Shown: one piece after another, positions 46,090 through 61,544 of the stretch
Position numbering within the stretch: position 1 is the stretch's first letter
Layout of the letters: each line of letters starts with the position of its first letter
Assembly (NCBI RefSeq): GCF_009914755.1
Contig: NC_060936.1
Source: the human T2T-CHM13v2.0 reference genome, Homo sapiens
Length of the DNA stretch: 64,000 nt
Strand: one strand, 5' to 3'
The notes under the pieces: generated by a model
What the model was told of the DNA's origin: nothing
What the model saw: only the letters and a program-made list of their open reading frames with translations
Database searches by the model: none
Made by a program: the position numbers and the translations under genes

Positions 46090-47170
46090 AATGGGAGTTC
46101 AGTTTTCAGCTAATACATGTAAAAAACTTCCCAAGTTGTCATTTTCATCCTTAAAATAAGAAGAAGCTGAATAGACTGAAAATTCAGTGTTTTATCTTGG
46201 CTCCATTGGAGAACTATGATTGCAAGGTAAACCACCACCCTAAAATCTGGAGAGGTGGGCAAATTCATAGTCACAGAGGAAACTTGCTTTTCTGGAGCAA
46301 AAGCCACTGGAACCATAAATGAGTAGGATCACCTAATTGGTATTTTTAACAATTTGATGGAGACTTCATAGTGACTCCTAGGAAAGTGAGAAACTCCTGG
46401 TTGCTGCAGACTTAGGAGGCCATGCTTGCATGTGCTTTCCCTATGGAACACAACCAGATCATCACAGGGAGGACTAGAGAAATATGCCTCTCATGGTTCT
46501 TGCAGGAGGAGAATGAGTTTAAACCTTATGAAATAAACCAGGCAAAGAGAAAGAGCAGTTCTCCCATTCCAGCTGCCTTTAACCTCCCTGTCTCACTTAA
46601 GGGGAAACAAAAGTTAAGAAACACGTTGAGAGTCATAGGCCCACTAGAAGACCAATTTAATGATAAGTTTAATGATAAGATTATAGGGTCTCTCCTCTCC
46701 ATACCTTACCTCACAACAACGAGGCTCCAGTAAAGTAGTGGTGCATTACAATGAGGAATTTGACTTCAGATCAAAATCCTATGGGTCACTTTTTTTAACT
46801 CAAAGATAAACAATTATAAAGCAAAGACTAAAAATCAAAACCACTGTAACAGAAATTAGAAATGCCTATTATGGGCTTGTCAATAGACTGGGCATAGCTG
46901 ACTAAAGAATCTTTGGGTTTAAAGATTTGTTAGGAAACTTCTCAAACTGAAATGCAAAGAGAAAAGAGAATGAAAACAAGCAAGCAAACAAGAAGAAACT
47001 ATCAAAGGATTATGGAACAATTTTAAAAAGTAGAGCACACACATAATTGGATTACCAAAAGAAGCAAAACAGGAGAAAAAAATTATAAGAAGCAGCTAAA
47101 AAAATGGCCAAGCATTTTTGAAAATTAATGACAGACACCAAACCCACAGATCCAGTAATCCCAGTTAATA
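46090..47170 (+). mobile_element. L1MC/L1M4-type 5'UTR and ORF1 fragments
   Basis: aagctgaatagactgaaaat, aaccaccaccctaaaatctggaga, aaaattaatgacagacaccaaacccacagatcca. Confidence 0.6.
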
Positions 47171-47199
47171 CTGTTTTGATGTATTTAATTTTTAGGTCA

Positions 47200-48010
47200 T
47201 AATGTATATTTGTGTTAGTAGGATAGGGAAGGGAGTGGACTCAGAAAGAAAGCAAATAAATAAAATAATCACTATGCAATCAAATGGTGAATGTTTCCAA
47301 AAAGGAAAAAAAGCAATTTAATTTGATTAGGAATTCAATTGGTAGAGTGTCAGGATTTCAGGGTGCCTTACATTGGGTGGGCAGGGTAACCTCTGTTACA
47401 TAGTGATTTTTTTTAGCTGAAATTTAAATAAGAAGAAAATGGAGAACTGAGAATATATACTCTAGGTGATGACAACCGAGAGAAGGCCCTAAGGTTGTAA
47501 ATATATTCATGTTTTTAAGAAACAGAATATAGACATAATAACTGAAGAATGCTGAATGAGGAAGACAGAGGCAGGAGATTAGGCAAGAAATATGCTTACA
47601 TACCCAGTCTAGAGAATCAATGTAATGAGAAGTCTTTCAATGGTCTGATTAGCTCTGAAAAGGTGGTATCTCTGACTGCTATGTAGCAAATGAATTACAC
47701 ATGAGTAGACAAAGGAAACTTACTGCAGTAGTTCAAGTTAGAGGTTATAGTGACTTGTACTAAAAAGAAAGTAATGGAAAAGCAAGAAGTGGAAAGACTC
47801 TGGATGTACATTTTTGGTAAAACTGGAAAGATTTGCTGATGGGGTAGATGTGAGAGGAAGGATAAAAGCAAATATAAAGAGCAGGTTTTTGGCTTGTGCA
47901 ATGAGTGGCATGACTGTGTCATTTTTGAAGGTAGGAAAGACTGAGGGAGGAACATATTTGAGAACAGAAATTGAAAATCCTATGTGGAATATTTTATGGG
48001 TAAGGTGCTT
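47200..48010 (-). mobile_element. L2 LINE fragment
   Basis: Purine-rich antisense L2 (gatttgctgatggggtagatgtg, aggtttttggcttg, ggaaagactgagggagga). Confidence 0.7.
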
Positions 48011-48432
48011 GTATGTATGCACACATATTTAATTGAAAGGATAAAGTAGGAAAATTATAGGATTTTCAGGAATTGTTGAGTGTCTATTTGAGACTTTTAG
48101 TCATAAACTTAAAAAAATATTATTCATCATGTTTATGTGAACTTTTCCAGTAGTGTTCAGATGCTAAGGGGAGGCACAATAAAGTCTGATATGTTTTTTC
48201 CCATATCAAGTTATGTTTTATCCATTTAACTGGAATGGAGAAAGAATAGAGAAAGGAAATTTAGGAAGCTTGCATCAGACAGAGTTGTTATGACAAACCA
48301 AGCCTGGTATATAATGATTAGGTACCAAATTTCACCCAAACAATATTTAATTCACTTCCAATGAAACTTTCCATGCCTTAGACACCCAAAGTATATCATT
48401 CTCAGTGATTTAAATCACTGGAAAACTTTCTA

Positions 48433-48512
48433 TTAGGTTGTTGCAAATGTAATTGCCGTTTTTGCCATTACTTTCAATGGCAAAAACCACAACTACTTTT
48501 GCACCAAGGTAA
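48433..48512. mobile_element. MADE1 (Hsmar1-derived MITE)
   Basis: 80-bp palindrome ttaggttgttgcaaa...tttgcaccaaggtaa flanked by TA TSD. Confidence 0.95.
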
Positions 48513-48859
48513 TACAAAGTTATAATTCCTCTGTGTATCTACTCAATATATAGAAAGCATGAGATTCTTGCCATCCAACACCATCTTGCTTTTAAAAAAC
48601 AGCTGTATATTTTTAAAAAATAAGTATATATTAGATTTGAAATATTTGAAGTCTTCCAGTATGGGTTTGTTTGATTGAGGTAATGAAGGCCAGATGTAAT
48701 CAGGTTATCTCACTGTGTAAGAAGGGGAACTCTAGGCTAAGAAATATCTAGAATCTGCTGAATCTGTGTCATCATGGTCAAATTCAATCTCTCCAAGCAT
48801 AAATTTACTCATCTACATAACTGCCTATATTATAAGGGAGATTATATGATATATGCTAA

Positions 48860-49515
48860 TGTTGGAGCTTAGAAAATGATACCCCAAAGAATGGTGCTTT
48901 GGCATGCTGAACACTTTGAATTGAAGGAAACTGGAAAGTCTTAACAGTTGCCTGAGAAACAAGGTCACTGACTTTCCCTTGTTTCTCTACCTCCCTCCTG
49001 TCCCCCAAGCACAGGGAGGGACTCTCTCTGAAGTTTCCTTATCTGAATGAACAAAATTCTTCCAAAAGGAATGCAATTGTCTTGACTTCTCCCTAGGAAA
49101 TCTCATCAATTCATCAAACAACCAGGGAAGATTAATCACCAGAGAGGAGATTAAATGTCATTATCGTATCCAGATAGGCAATCACCTCTTCTTCTGGAGA
49201 CTGCTCTGAAACAACTTTTATTACAGGAGAGACTTTATCTGCATAATGAAACAACCTTTGTTCATCATGTGGTTCCTCTCCTTTCCCTCAGGTAACTCGT
49301 TACCACCTCCCGCAAAAGCCCCAAGCCCTTCTTCCCTTATAGCATAAAAACATCAACTATCTGGTCCCGCCTTTGAGTCTTGTATTCTTTTGTTAGGCTC
49401 CCATGCACATACATGAAATTAAATTTTTTTTACTCCTGTAAATCTGTCTATTGCCAGTTTATTTTAACAGAGGCAATTATTGAAACTTCAGAGGGAAAAT
49501 TTAAACTTCCCTATA
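48860..49515 (+). mobile_element. MER34/MER39-family solo LTR
   Basis: tgttggagcttagaaaatgataccccaaa..gctttggcatgctga; ends aaacttccctata. Confidence 0.8.
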
Positions 49516-50842
49516 ATATACATCATACATAACATGTAACCTGACAGTAAATTTAGCTTAATGCAAGTTAGCTATAATTTTTATCAACAAAGGCAGAAAA
49601 GTCTGCAGCATGTGTCCTGATGACACATGTTCAGTTTGCTATAATCTGATCTAAATCGATTCATCTGATAGAGTATTTGAAAGCTAAATTTAGTACAGTT
49701 ATTAGAAGGACTTTCTTGCCAAGTTAAGGAGTTTAAATTCTATTCTAAGGTAAGGAGAAGTGATTGGAGACTTTTGAATTCAAGTGATCAAAAAATAACA
49801 CTAAGGATAGGCATTTGGCATCAGAAATAGACTATACTGGAAAAGATTAAAATTGATAGATCTGTTAAGAAGCTCTATTTCAAGTTGAATTAAAGAATTA
49901 CCCTCACAGTAGTGACATGTACAGTCAATTGATAAAATACTAAAAATATGTAAGTAAAATTCAAAGAAAAGAAAGAAAAAATTGGAGGTAGCAGCAACAA
50001 AATGTCAACTGAAAACAAGAATGTATAAGCTAGAAGTGGTTCTACAATTTCAAGTACCTTCAGACCAAAATATAGGCCTAATCACAAAGAAACAGGGTAC
50101 TTCCTCAGTTTATGGGTTATATAGAGACCTTGAATTGAACTCCTGCACGAAGCTAGTGACATTAAAGTTATGTACTACCCCTAGAAAGGAACCTAAACAT
50201 TGTCTGTCAACTCAGGAGTTTTGAAATAAAGTTTATGTAGTGCCCTGTCTATGGGAGGTAAAAAAAAAAGTCATCGATGAGAAACTGAATCTTTAAGCTG
50301 GCACCCTACTTTGAAGAATCATCTTAATGCAATATTTTACTGTAATTTGGAAATTTTCAGCCTGAAAAATTAAAATGAAAGGTGGTTTCAGAACCGTAAT
50401 ATTCTAGCACCCTGACATAAAAAAAAAAAAAAAAACAGCTGCTTTATTGAAAAAATCCTTAAACCGGGGGAAATTAGATTCCCACAAATAGAATAATATT
50501 AACTAACTTAACAGAAAATAATAGTAATGATAGCAAATTGTAATAAAATATAAACCCCATGAACTATGAGTCATTACAATGCATACTGAACAGTTACAAG
50601 TGAAAGGGAGAAAAATTATTTTTCTAAAACTGAAGTAATGGAATAACCTGAAAGCTTTATAATGTAAACTTCATTTAAAGAGAAATATATCGTTTAAAAT
50701 GTTACAAAAAAAAGCAAGTTGAAAACAAATGAAACCAAACTGAAAAAAAAATGTAATGGATGATTAAAAAGTGGAATGGTTCATAAGGTAGTAGGGAATG
50801 GGTGATCAGAATGCAAAGGAGGGTTCAGGTTGGCTGATGTGG

Positions 50843-50915
50843 ATTTGACAGCCAACCATGAGATTCAAATAACATTGTATTCTCAAGATGTGAATCTTGT
50901 GGTTGGCTGTCCAAT
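50843..50915. repeat. 73-nt hairpin (25-bp arms)
   Basis: atttgacagccaaccatgagattca / tgaatcttgtggttggctgtccaat; 22/25 Watson-Crick pairs plus 2 G.U. Confidence 0.85.
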
Positions 50916-51220
50916 GTTTGTTACAGCAAAAACAAAACACAAAACATAACTGAGGATCTCTCTGCAGGAAATACTTTTATCAGAAGGCAAAATGGTGGAA
51001 AACAATGTTAAAATCAAAAAGAAGTATACCAAGGACAATACTCAATTGAATTTCCAGGGTTTTTAGAACTTCTAGTGTTTCAAATAAAGAATCAGGCATT
51101 GGCCAGGCATCAGTCACAGGACACAAAATATCTCTCTCTCTCCTCTCTCCCTCTGTTTCTGTTCTGTATCTACATATTGAATCACAAATAATGTGATTCA
51201 TAGAGGGCAAATAAAACTTA

Positions 51221-51543
<323 letters not shown>

Positions 51544-52629
51544 TTATGACTTTGGATCTGAAATCCTGATGCTAACAAAATGTGACTTTTTAAAATTTCT
51601 TTAAGGTGCCATTATTAGAACATTTTGAGAGGGAAATACATATCTTGAGTACTGTTGGAATCCAGAATGAATACATTACATGGCATGTTGGATTTTAATA
51701 GTGTATTTAAAATAATATGATAGGAGGATCTGATTTTTGTCAGAAACCATGAACTGAATAATTTATTTTATAATAAAAATTTATCCATTGAATCAATGTG
51801 TAGTGTTTAGGCACTTTCTCTATGTTTAGTTTCCATTCATACCGTAAATTGTAATGAATTCTTTAGAGCAAATAGGTTACAAATTGTGAATTCATATGAA
51901 TGATAATGCACAGTTCCATGTGACAAATTTGTGAGAAGAAATAAGTAGTAAAATATTTCTTAAGGGATATTTGTGAACCTCTTGATTTCTTCTGAAACAT
52001 AAATGTGGAATTATTAATACTTTAACTCTCAATGAAGGTGTATTTCAGAATAAAGTAATCTAGTTTTGCTATTTAATACTCACTGTATGTGTGCAAATTA
52101 TGGACACATATATGTTCTACGTATAGACTATAGGTCAAAGGATTTCTAGATATGTATTATGCAAGTTTTGTGTCTAAATTAACAAATTCCAAGTTAATTT
52201 TAACTCCTTGTACTATACATAAGAATATATCTATTATTTTACATAATTCAGGGCCTGTTCACTTTTACATAAAATTTTTTGAAATTTGCAATTTGAGAAA
52301 ATCATAATTAAAATCCTAGACTGACATTCTACTAGTACCTATTAAAAATACATTATTTAGAAAACATATTAGAAACATTGTCATCCTTCAGTCTTTCCAT
52401 AGGCTTCATAAATTATTTTGGATACCTAATACCTCTTCTTTTTAAAACTATAGAGTAGAATTAATATGAAAAAACTTGAAGTCTTGGATAAATTTAATGC
52501 ATTTCAAATCCATAGTGAGATATAGCTGCTATAGAGCAAATATAAATTTAAGGTTTTTAAATGAGTATATGGTATCTAAAATGTGACCTGCATAGATTTG
52601 TTCTATTTTACTCAAGTCTGACAATAATG

Positions 52630-52920
52630 GTAATATTAGATTCAGTTCTATGTTCCATACCTTGAAAGATATTGATCAAGTTTCATGCATTCAGCGAAAA
52701 ACAAAAAAGGTGATAAAAATGAAAAGCAATGAAAGGAACAGGAGACATTTACAATAAAGAAAAGAGGATTGCCAGCAATATGCCACTTATTGCCAAAATT
52801 TGAAGACCTGTCATATGGAAGAAAGATTGGATTTGTGTTCTGTGACTCTAAACAGTAGAACTAAAAATAATGTGGTGACTCGAGGGGAGAACAATTTTAG
52901 TTCAATACATGGCAATACTG
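52630..52920 (+). mobile_element. CR1/L3 LINE fragment
   Basis: cagttctatgttccatac..gatattgatcaag; ctgtcatatggaagaaagattggatttg; cagtagaacta. Confidence 0.6.
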
Positions 52921-53084
52921 TCTCTGCTTTGTAATGATGTACCCAACAAAATTAAAGACACTTCTACTGCGATTTCCTTGAGTGGTTTCAAGTTTCATCT
53001 GATGTTGATTTCTTCATTTATAGTGAGCTCTATTTTTAATTACTGCTAATATATCACACTTAAAAACTAACTTTGAGATGAAGA

Positions 53085-53864
<780 letters not shown>

Positions 53865-54691
53865 TAACTCGCTGATTACACAACCCATGTCTAATTGTTC
53901 TTTCAATTCTTCTATTTCCCTAACTATTCTTTTTTCCATTCCTTCTACTATAATTGTATTTTTTTAGGTTATTTTTACCACTTATTGGATTTCTCATACT
54001 AAACTTCTAACTGGCTGACTTCCTCCTTTTCACCCTTCCAGCCCAGTTTGAAATTGCTGTCAAGTCTTCCCAGAAAAACTATTCATCATTTTTCTACCTT
54101 TTTCCATATATGCTGAAAACCTCTCTAAAATGAAGACTTCAAAATCTGTCCTGAACCTACAACTTCCAGATATCTTCAACTATTTCCACAGAATCTTCTA
54201 CCTCAGCCTTCTTTTGTATTTTTTTTTCCTAAATTTGCATCTCTATTCATCCACCAACCCTTTAGCTAGAAGAACTTGGCCTACTAACATTTTGGCAGTC
54301 CTTTAAACTTCTTCCTGAATTTGATTCCACATTACCACACCCTTAGGCTTTCATTGATCTCTCCCTACAATGAAATTTCATTATGCCAGGTTATCTATCA
54401 TATTATTTTCATAATGTATACCTTGTGTATTGAAATTTATTTTGAGATATCTTGTAACTTTTCACAATATTTAGCACCAGTTTTACCAAATAAAAATATT
54501 GACTACTATGTATGGATTCTTTTAATAAATTTGAAGTCTTTTGTCAGTTAGAATATTAATTATACCCTCTAATGTCAATTAGATTATTAATTATATATTA
54601 TTAATTATTATTAATTATGCCTAGTTTGGCCTTTCACATACTAAGTTTTCAAATATGTGCAGATTGGTGGACCAACATAACTGTAAGTGTG

Positions 54692-57002
54692 TGGAATAGT
54701 CTGTTCTCACTGCTAATAAAGCTATACCTGAGAATGGGTAATTTATAAAGAAAAAAAGGTTTAATGGGCTCACAGTTCCACATGGCTGAGGAGGCCTCAC
54801 AGTCATGGCGGAAGGCAGAGGAAGAGCAAAGGCAGGTCTTACATGGTGGCAGTCAAGAGAGCATGTGCATGAGGGCTACCCTTTATAAAACCATCAGATT
54901 TTATGAGACTTATTCAGTATCACAAAAATAGCACTGAAAAAACCCGCACCCATGATTCAATTACCTCCCACTAGGTCCCTCCCATGACATGTAGGGATTA
55001 TGGGAGCTACAATTCAAGATAATATTTCAGTGGGGACACAACCAAACCATATCATTCTCCCCCTGGCCCCTCACAAATCTCATGTCCTCACATTTCAAAA
55101 GCAATTATGCCTTCCCAATAGTGTCCCAAATCTAAACTCATTTTAGCATTAACTCAAAGATTCACAGTCCAAAGTCTCATCTGAGACAAGGCAAGTCCCT
55201 TCTGTCTATGAGCCTGTAAAATCAAATCAAGTTAGTTACTTCCTAGATACAATGTTGGTACAGGCATTGGGTAAGTATGTCCATTCCAAATGGGAGAAAT
55301 TGGCCAAAACAAAGGGGCTACAAGCCCCATGCAAGTCTTAATCTAATAATACAGTCATTAAAACTTAAAGTTCCAAAACAATTTGACCCCATGTCTCACA
55401 TCCAGGTCATGCTGATGCAAGAGGTAGGTTCCCACAGCCTTGGGCAGCTGCACTCCTGTGGCTTTGCAGGGTACAAGCCCCATCTTGGCTGCTTTCATGG
55501 GCTGGTGTTGAGTATTTGTGGCTTTTCCAGGTGCCTGGTGCAAGTTGTAGGTGGATCTACCATTCTGGGGTCTGGAGGATGTTGGCTCTCTAGTCACAGT
55601 TCCTCTAGGCAGTGCCTCAGTGGCAACTCTGTGTGGAGGCTCCAACCCCACATTTCACTTCTGCACTGCCCTAGCAGAGGTTCTCCATGAGGGCTCCGCT
55701 CCTGTAGCAAACTTCTGCCTAGACATCCAGGCGTTCCCATATATCCTCTGAAATCTAGATGGAGGTTCCCAAACCTCAATTCTTGACTTCTGTGTGCCTG
55801 CAGGCCCAAGACCACACGTGAGCTGCAAAGGCTTGGGGCTTGCACCCTCTAAAGCAATGGACTGAGCCTGAGTGGTACTTTGGCATCTAGCAAAGGCTGG
55901 AGCTGAAGCAGCCAGGATGCAGGGCACCATGTCCTGAGGCTGCATAGAGCAAAGATGCCCTGGGCCCAGCCCACAAAACAGATTTTCTCTCCTAGGCCTC
56001 TAGGGCTTTGATGGGAGGGGTTACCATGAAAGTCTCTGACATACCCTAGAGATATTTTCCACATTGTCTTGGTGATTAACATTTGGCTCCTGGTTACTTA
56101 TGTAAATTTCAGAAGCTGACTTGAATTTCTCCCCAGAAAATGGGGCTTTCTTTTCTATTGCATCATTATGCTGTAAATTTTCCAAACTTTTATGCTCTGC
56201 TTCCTCTTGAATGCTTTGCCCCTTAGAAATTTATTATGTCAGATAACCTAAATCATCTCTCTCAAGTTCAAAGTTCCACAGATCTCTGGGGCAGGGGCAA
56301 CATGCCACCAGTCTCTTTGCATAGCAAGAGTGACCTTTACTCCAGTTCCCAACAAGTTCCTCAACTCCATCTAAGGCCACCTCAGCTTGGACTTAATTGT
56401 CCATATCACTATCAGTATTTTGGTAAAAGCCATTCAACAAGTCTCTAGGAAGTTCCTAACTTTCCCACATCGTCCTGTCTTCTGAGCCCTCCATGCCTCT
56501 AGTAAGTTCCATACTTCCCCACATTTTCCTGTCTTCTTCTGAACCCTCCAAATGGTTCTGACATCTGCCCATTACCCAGTTCCACAGTTGCTTCCCCATT
56601 TTTGAGTACCTTTTCAGCAGCGTCCCACTACCTAGTAACAATTTACTGTATTATCCTGTTCTCACACTGCTAATAAAGACATGCCTGAGACTGAGTAATT
56701 TACAGAGAAAAAGAGGTTTAATGGATTCATAGTTCCACATGGCTGGGGAGGCCTCACAATCATGGTGGAAGGCAAAGGAGGAGCAAAGGCAGGTCTTATG
56801 TGGTGGCAGATGTGTGCAGGGAGTCTGCCCTTTATAAAATCATCAGATATCATAAGACTTACTCAGTATCACAAGAACAGCATGGGAAAAACCTTCCCCC
56901 ATGATTCAATAACCTCCCAACTGGTCCCTTCCATGACATGTGGGGATTATGGGGGCTACAATTCAAGATGAGATTTGGGTAGGGCACAGCCAAACCATAT
57001 CT
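54692..57002 (-). mobile_element. Complete THE1D-type MaLR element (LTR 54692-55054, internal region, LTR 56647-57002)
   Basis: Two homologous LTRs, PPT adjacent to 55054, THE1 internal sequence, TSD gtgtg/gtatg. Confidence 0.92.
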
Positions 57003-58185
57003 GTATGCCTCCACTTCTTACAAACTTTGTGATATTTTATATAATTAAAAAAAATTACCCTCTCACAATTGTTGCAATCAGTGAAAGTTACAGGAATTAG
57101 CTATAAATTATATTTTATAAATTAGTTTCTATTTGCATAGCAGTTTTGGAAATTCAAATGAATTTTTTGTTTTGTTTTGCACTGAGAGTAGATAGTTTTA
57201 GAAAGAGAAATGGTGGAACAGTAGAAAAAACATAAGGTTCTGAATTAAAAGACTTAGGTTTTAGTCTTGGTTTTGCCATTTCCTAAGTGTTGGCTGTAAG
57301 CAAATAACTTAGTCTCCAAGTCTCTTTCTTCTTGTGTAGAATGTGTGTGATAATTCTGACAATCTGTAAGCTCCTCATAGGGTGTTTGTCTGTTTTGTTC
57401 ACTATCGTATCTCAAATATTCAGAACAATATCTGCTACAGAAGAAATACTTAATATATTTGTTGGCTAAGCACCTCCTCCAAGAAAAGTACTTGTCATGA
57501 TGAAAAATATTAATGCTTGTGAATGGGTTTTGATAAGGAGCTCCTTATTTTTATGCTAAATTTTATGTAAGTTCCTTAAGAAAAGAACAATCATTTAACA
57601 ACTCTTCCCTACTTTCTGACATGTGGGAAGTGCACTATTGACTCATAACATTCCTGAAGGTGGAAGTGGAGGCTGACAATAGTAATTCCTGTACTTGTAT
57701 TTGTCATTGTACTTGTATGCCATTGATTGCCTTGAATTTCCTCTTGTCATTTTAAGTATGCTCTGACTGATACAGTTTACAGAGCTAATCTGTACTTGTG
57801 TGTCAAAGTCAGGTGTCACTAAGGTACAATCCAGACTGGTAAAGCTATATGTGAGTGTAAGATTTTTTAGAGATATATTAAAATATGTAAAGACATTCAG
57901 GGAAAACAGTCAAATTAATACATACTGGCCCTGTTATGGAATCTAAATTATGAACTATCCTTCCAATCTAAAAAATGTATTGCATTCCTACTATGTAAAC
58001 AGAGATGAACATAATGCATTCACATTATATTTGTTTTTCTTAGGAAAACTATAACTTAGCCTCATTAAACCAATTAATTCTTAGCCCCATCCATACAAAT
58101 GCAGTAAATATGATTTACAGTGAAAAATGAAACAAAATGAAAAGACAAGAACTTAGGCAATTAATTTCCAGACAATGTCAAGCCA

Positions 58186-58613
58186 TACCATATAGTTTGG
58201 ATGTTTGTTCTTCAAACCTTATGTTGAAATATGATACCCAACGTTGAAGTTGAGGTCTAAGTGGAGATGTTTGGATCAAGGGAGTGGATTCCTTATGAAG
58301 TGATTAATGCCCTTCCTTGGGAGGGTAATTGAGCAAGTTCCTATTCTATAAGTTATGGTGAGAGCTAGTTGTTAAAGAGAAGTTGTCACCTCCCCTCTCT
58401 CTCTTGCTTCTGCTCTTACCATGTGATCTCTGCACACACTGGCTCCCCTTCCCGTTTTGCCATGAGTGGGAGGAGCTTGAGGCCCTCATTAGATGCAAAT
58501 GCCAGAACCATGCTTTTTTACAGCCTCCAGAGCCATGAGCCAAATAAACATATTTTCCTTATAAATTACCCAGCCTCAGGTATTCCTTTATAGCACAAAA
58601 ATACACTAAGACA
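58186..58613 (+). mobile_element. MSTB-type solo LTR
   Basis: tatagtttggatgtttg...ataaattacccagcctcaggtattcctttatagc..ctaagaca; TSD agcca/agcaa. Confidence 0.88.
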
Positions 58614-59285
58614 AGCAATAATTGTAGTAATATCATTAGCATTTCTTTTAAAAGTGTTGTGTGTCCTACAAAGCTAGGACTCACCTGTTTTCTTCATCAC
58701 TACATCCCCCTGGACTATATTTGTTGAATGAATAAATAAGTAAATAAATAACATATTAAGAATTCAACTAAGTTGCCAGGGAAATCCAAAATGAAAAGAT
58801 TTATTTTCGATGAGAGAATTTGAGAAAGGTTTTTAGAAGATAGAGAATTGTGTTGGGGTTTAGTGGAAGAGTGGGAATCTTGTTACATGAAAAGATACAA
58901 GATATAACAAATACCTTCAGAGTGGTATTTTATGCAAAAGACTGGGCATAATCCTATTTCTTGAAGTAAAGAAAGGAACAATATTCAACAACTAGAGATT
59001 TAACGATGACAGAAGAGAAGATTAGAATGTAGACTAGAATGTGCTCAACTAGAGTATACCCTAGTTCCTTGAGACACCAGGCTTTGGAGTTTGGATTTAA
59101 GTTTACATTAAAGACATTGTATGTACTTTACAATTATTATTCTTATAACATTGTGTGGATGGTACTGATAGTAGAGAAGATGGAGCCAAAGAGTTTGTTG
59201 GAATAATAAAAAATAGCTCAATAGAGAGATAACTTGTTTGAAATGCAGTATGAGAGTGGGAAGGAAAGACTGCATGAAACTATCC

Positions 59286-59746
59286 TGTATATAGCCTTAT
59301 TTAAAATGGTATCTCAACCCAGTTTTGAGGTATTGGCTAGAGGCTGGTCAGTTTCCCTTCTTGAGCAGCTGGTGAAACATACAACAAAACCAATTATCAA
59401 ACTGTTAAACTCCAAGTCCCTATGCACCTGTCCTAATTGACCCAACGCCAATTACAATACAACTAGGGGGAGCCACTGTGCCCTGAACCCAATAAATTAT
59501 TCAAATTAGCCAATCTTCAGGAAGCCCACTAAACATATAGCTAGCCCCATCTTGCTTGCCATGCATAAACTGCCCCAACAGCTCCAGCTTACTGTTACTC
59601 TGCCCCCAGTCGTAATTCTTTGAGTGGCCCTGCCTGCCAGCCTTCTCTCTTTAGGAGCTATAATAAAAATTGGTGTATTTTATGTATCCTAGTAGTATTG
59701 TGTTGTATCTTGCCATCTAAAGGAGATTTAAATCTTTTAAAAACAC
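59286..59746 (+). mobile_element. MER74-like ERVL LTR inserted in an L2 fragment
   Basis: ggtattggctagaggctggtcagtttcccttcttgagcagctg; aaattattcaaattagccaatc. Confidence 0.55.
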
Positions 59747-60942
59747 ATCCCAAGTCAAATTTATGATCATCTGGTAGCTAAACGGAGGGAGTAGAGTAAA
59801 ATATTTAGTGGAGTAGAGGGCATAAAAATTCAAGGAATCATCAAAGTAAAATATGCAGCAAAAAGAAATCCAAGTACTGAAGTCTGGGGAGTGCCTATAT
59901 GTATGGAGTGGACTGAGGAGGGTATAAGCAAGAAGTCAGAGTAAACGATTGAAGCCATAGCAGGAAAACTGGAAGAAAACAAGCCAAGGATCATTATGGG
60001 GTCTGTATCCATGAAGAATTTAGCAACCACTGTAATTGCTAGGAAATAGAAATGAATAATCTACAGGTATAAATGCTATAGCAAGGGAGAACAGGAACAT
60101 GACTTAAAAGAATTTAATGGCTTCTTAAATTACAAATTAATCTCTGTGACAGCTTCTTTAAGCAATGGGTGGTTTTCTATGCTGCGTTCTCAGCCATTAG
60201 TGCATACCCCTTATTGTGGCACTTACATGTTGTACTGTCGTAATTTGTCTGTTTCATGCATTACAATATAAGCACTCTGAAGATATAAATCATGGACTTG
60301 TTCAGCTGTCTGAATTTAATTCTAATATCACTTTTGGTCACCAAGATAGAGCTGTTACTTGGTGAGCATTTGTTGAAGGAAACAAATGTTTATTTTACTC
60401 CATTGTTGACATTTTAGCACTCTTCTTCATATTCAACAGGTTAACTGCCTAATGTCCTGGAATTGGAAGAGATCCCTTGCAGGTTTTCTGACTTTCCTTA
60501 TATAGCTGTGATAATCTACAGAAGCTCAGCTCTGCAATGACTTGAAAATTTGCACTGCCATGCATGTTTAAAATGTTCTCCCCAATATTTTTCCAGTAAG
60601 AGCTAGAGAAACTAGACAATTTTGTGTCAGAAGTTCAAAATCAAAGTACTCTTCAATTTTATCCTGTTCCCATAGCAATAGCCCCACCTCCTTCTATAAG
60701 ACATTTCATGCAAAGATGTTCTATATGTGATACAGAATCATGAGTCTTTCCATTGTTAAGTCAGTAGGTTAAAATATTCTGCTTATGAGAACAGTGCTAT
60801 GGGGAATAACTTCTCTAGGGGCCAATTACATTCATTCTGCCTTATGAATACTGAGTATGTTCTTTACCCAAATAAATCATCTTAAAAGCCTATATTCCTG
60901 GTCATGGAGAAATTAAATAAGAAAATGTATACCCAAATTTTA

Positions 60943-61362
<420 letters not shown>

Positions 61363-61544
61363 TTATCTTAGAGGAAAGAATGCTTTTAGTGGGCACATTG
61401 ACTGCTTAGTATTCCTTGCTCCCAGGAAAGGTAAATGATGGACATAAGAATTACATCAATCACTTGTTAAAAGACCAACAGAATATTATAGTTAAAAAAA
61501 AAACTTCTAAGATATTTATAAGTAACTAAGAAGCAAGCCTACAA

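Noticed and set aside
56441-56550. ~54-bp tandem duplication in the THE1 internal region
   Set aside because: Copies are diverged, and I recall this duplication as common in THE1D internal sequences, so it is probably inherited from the source element.
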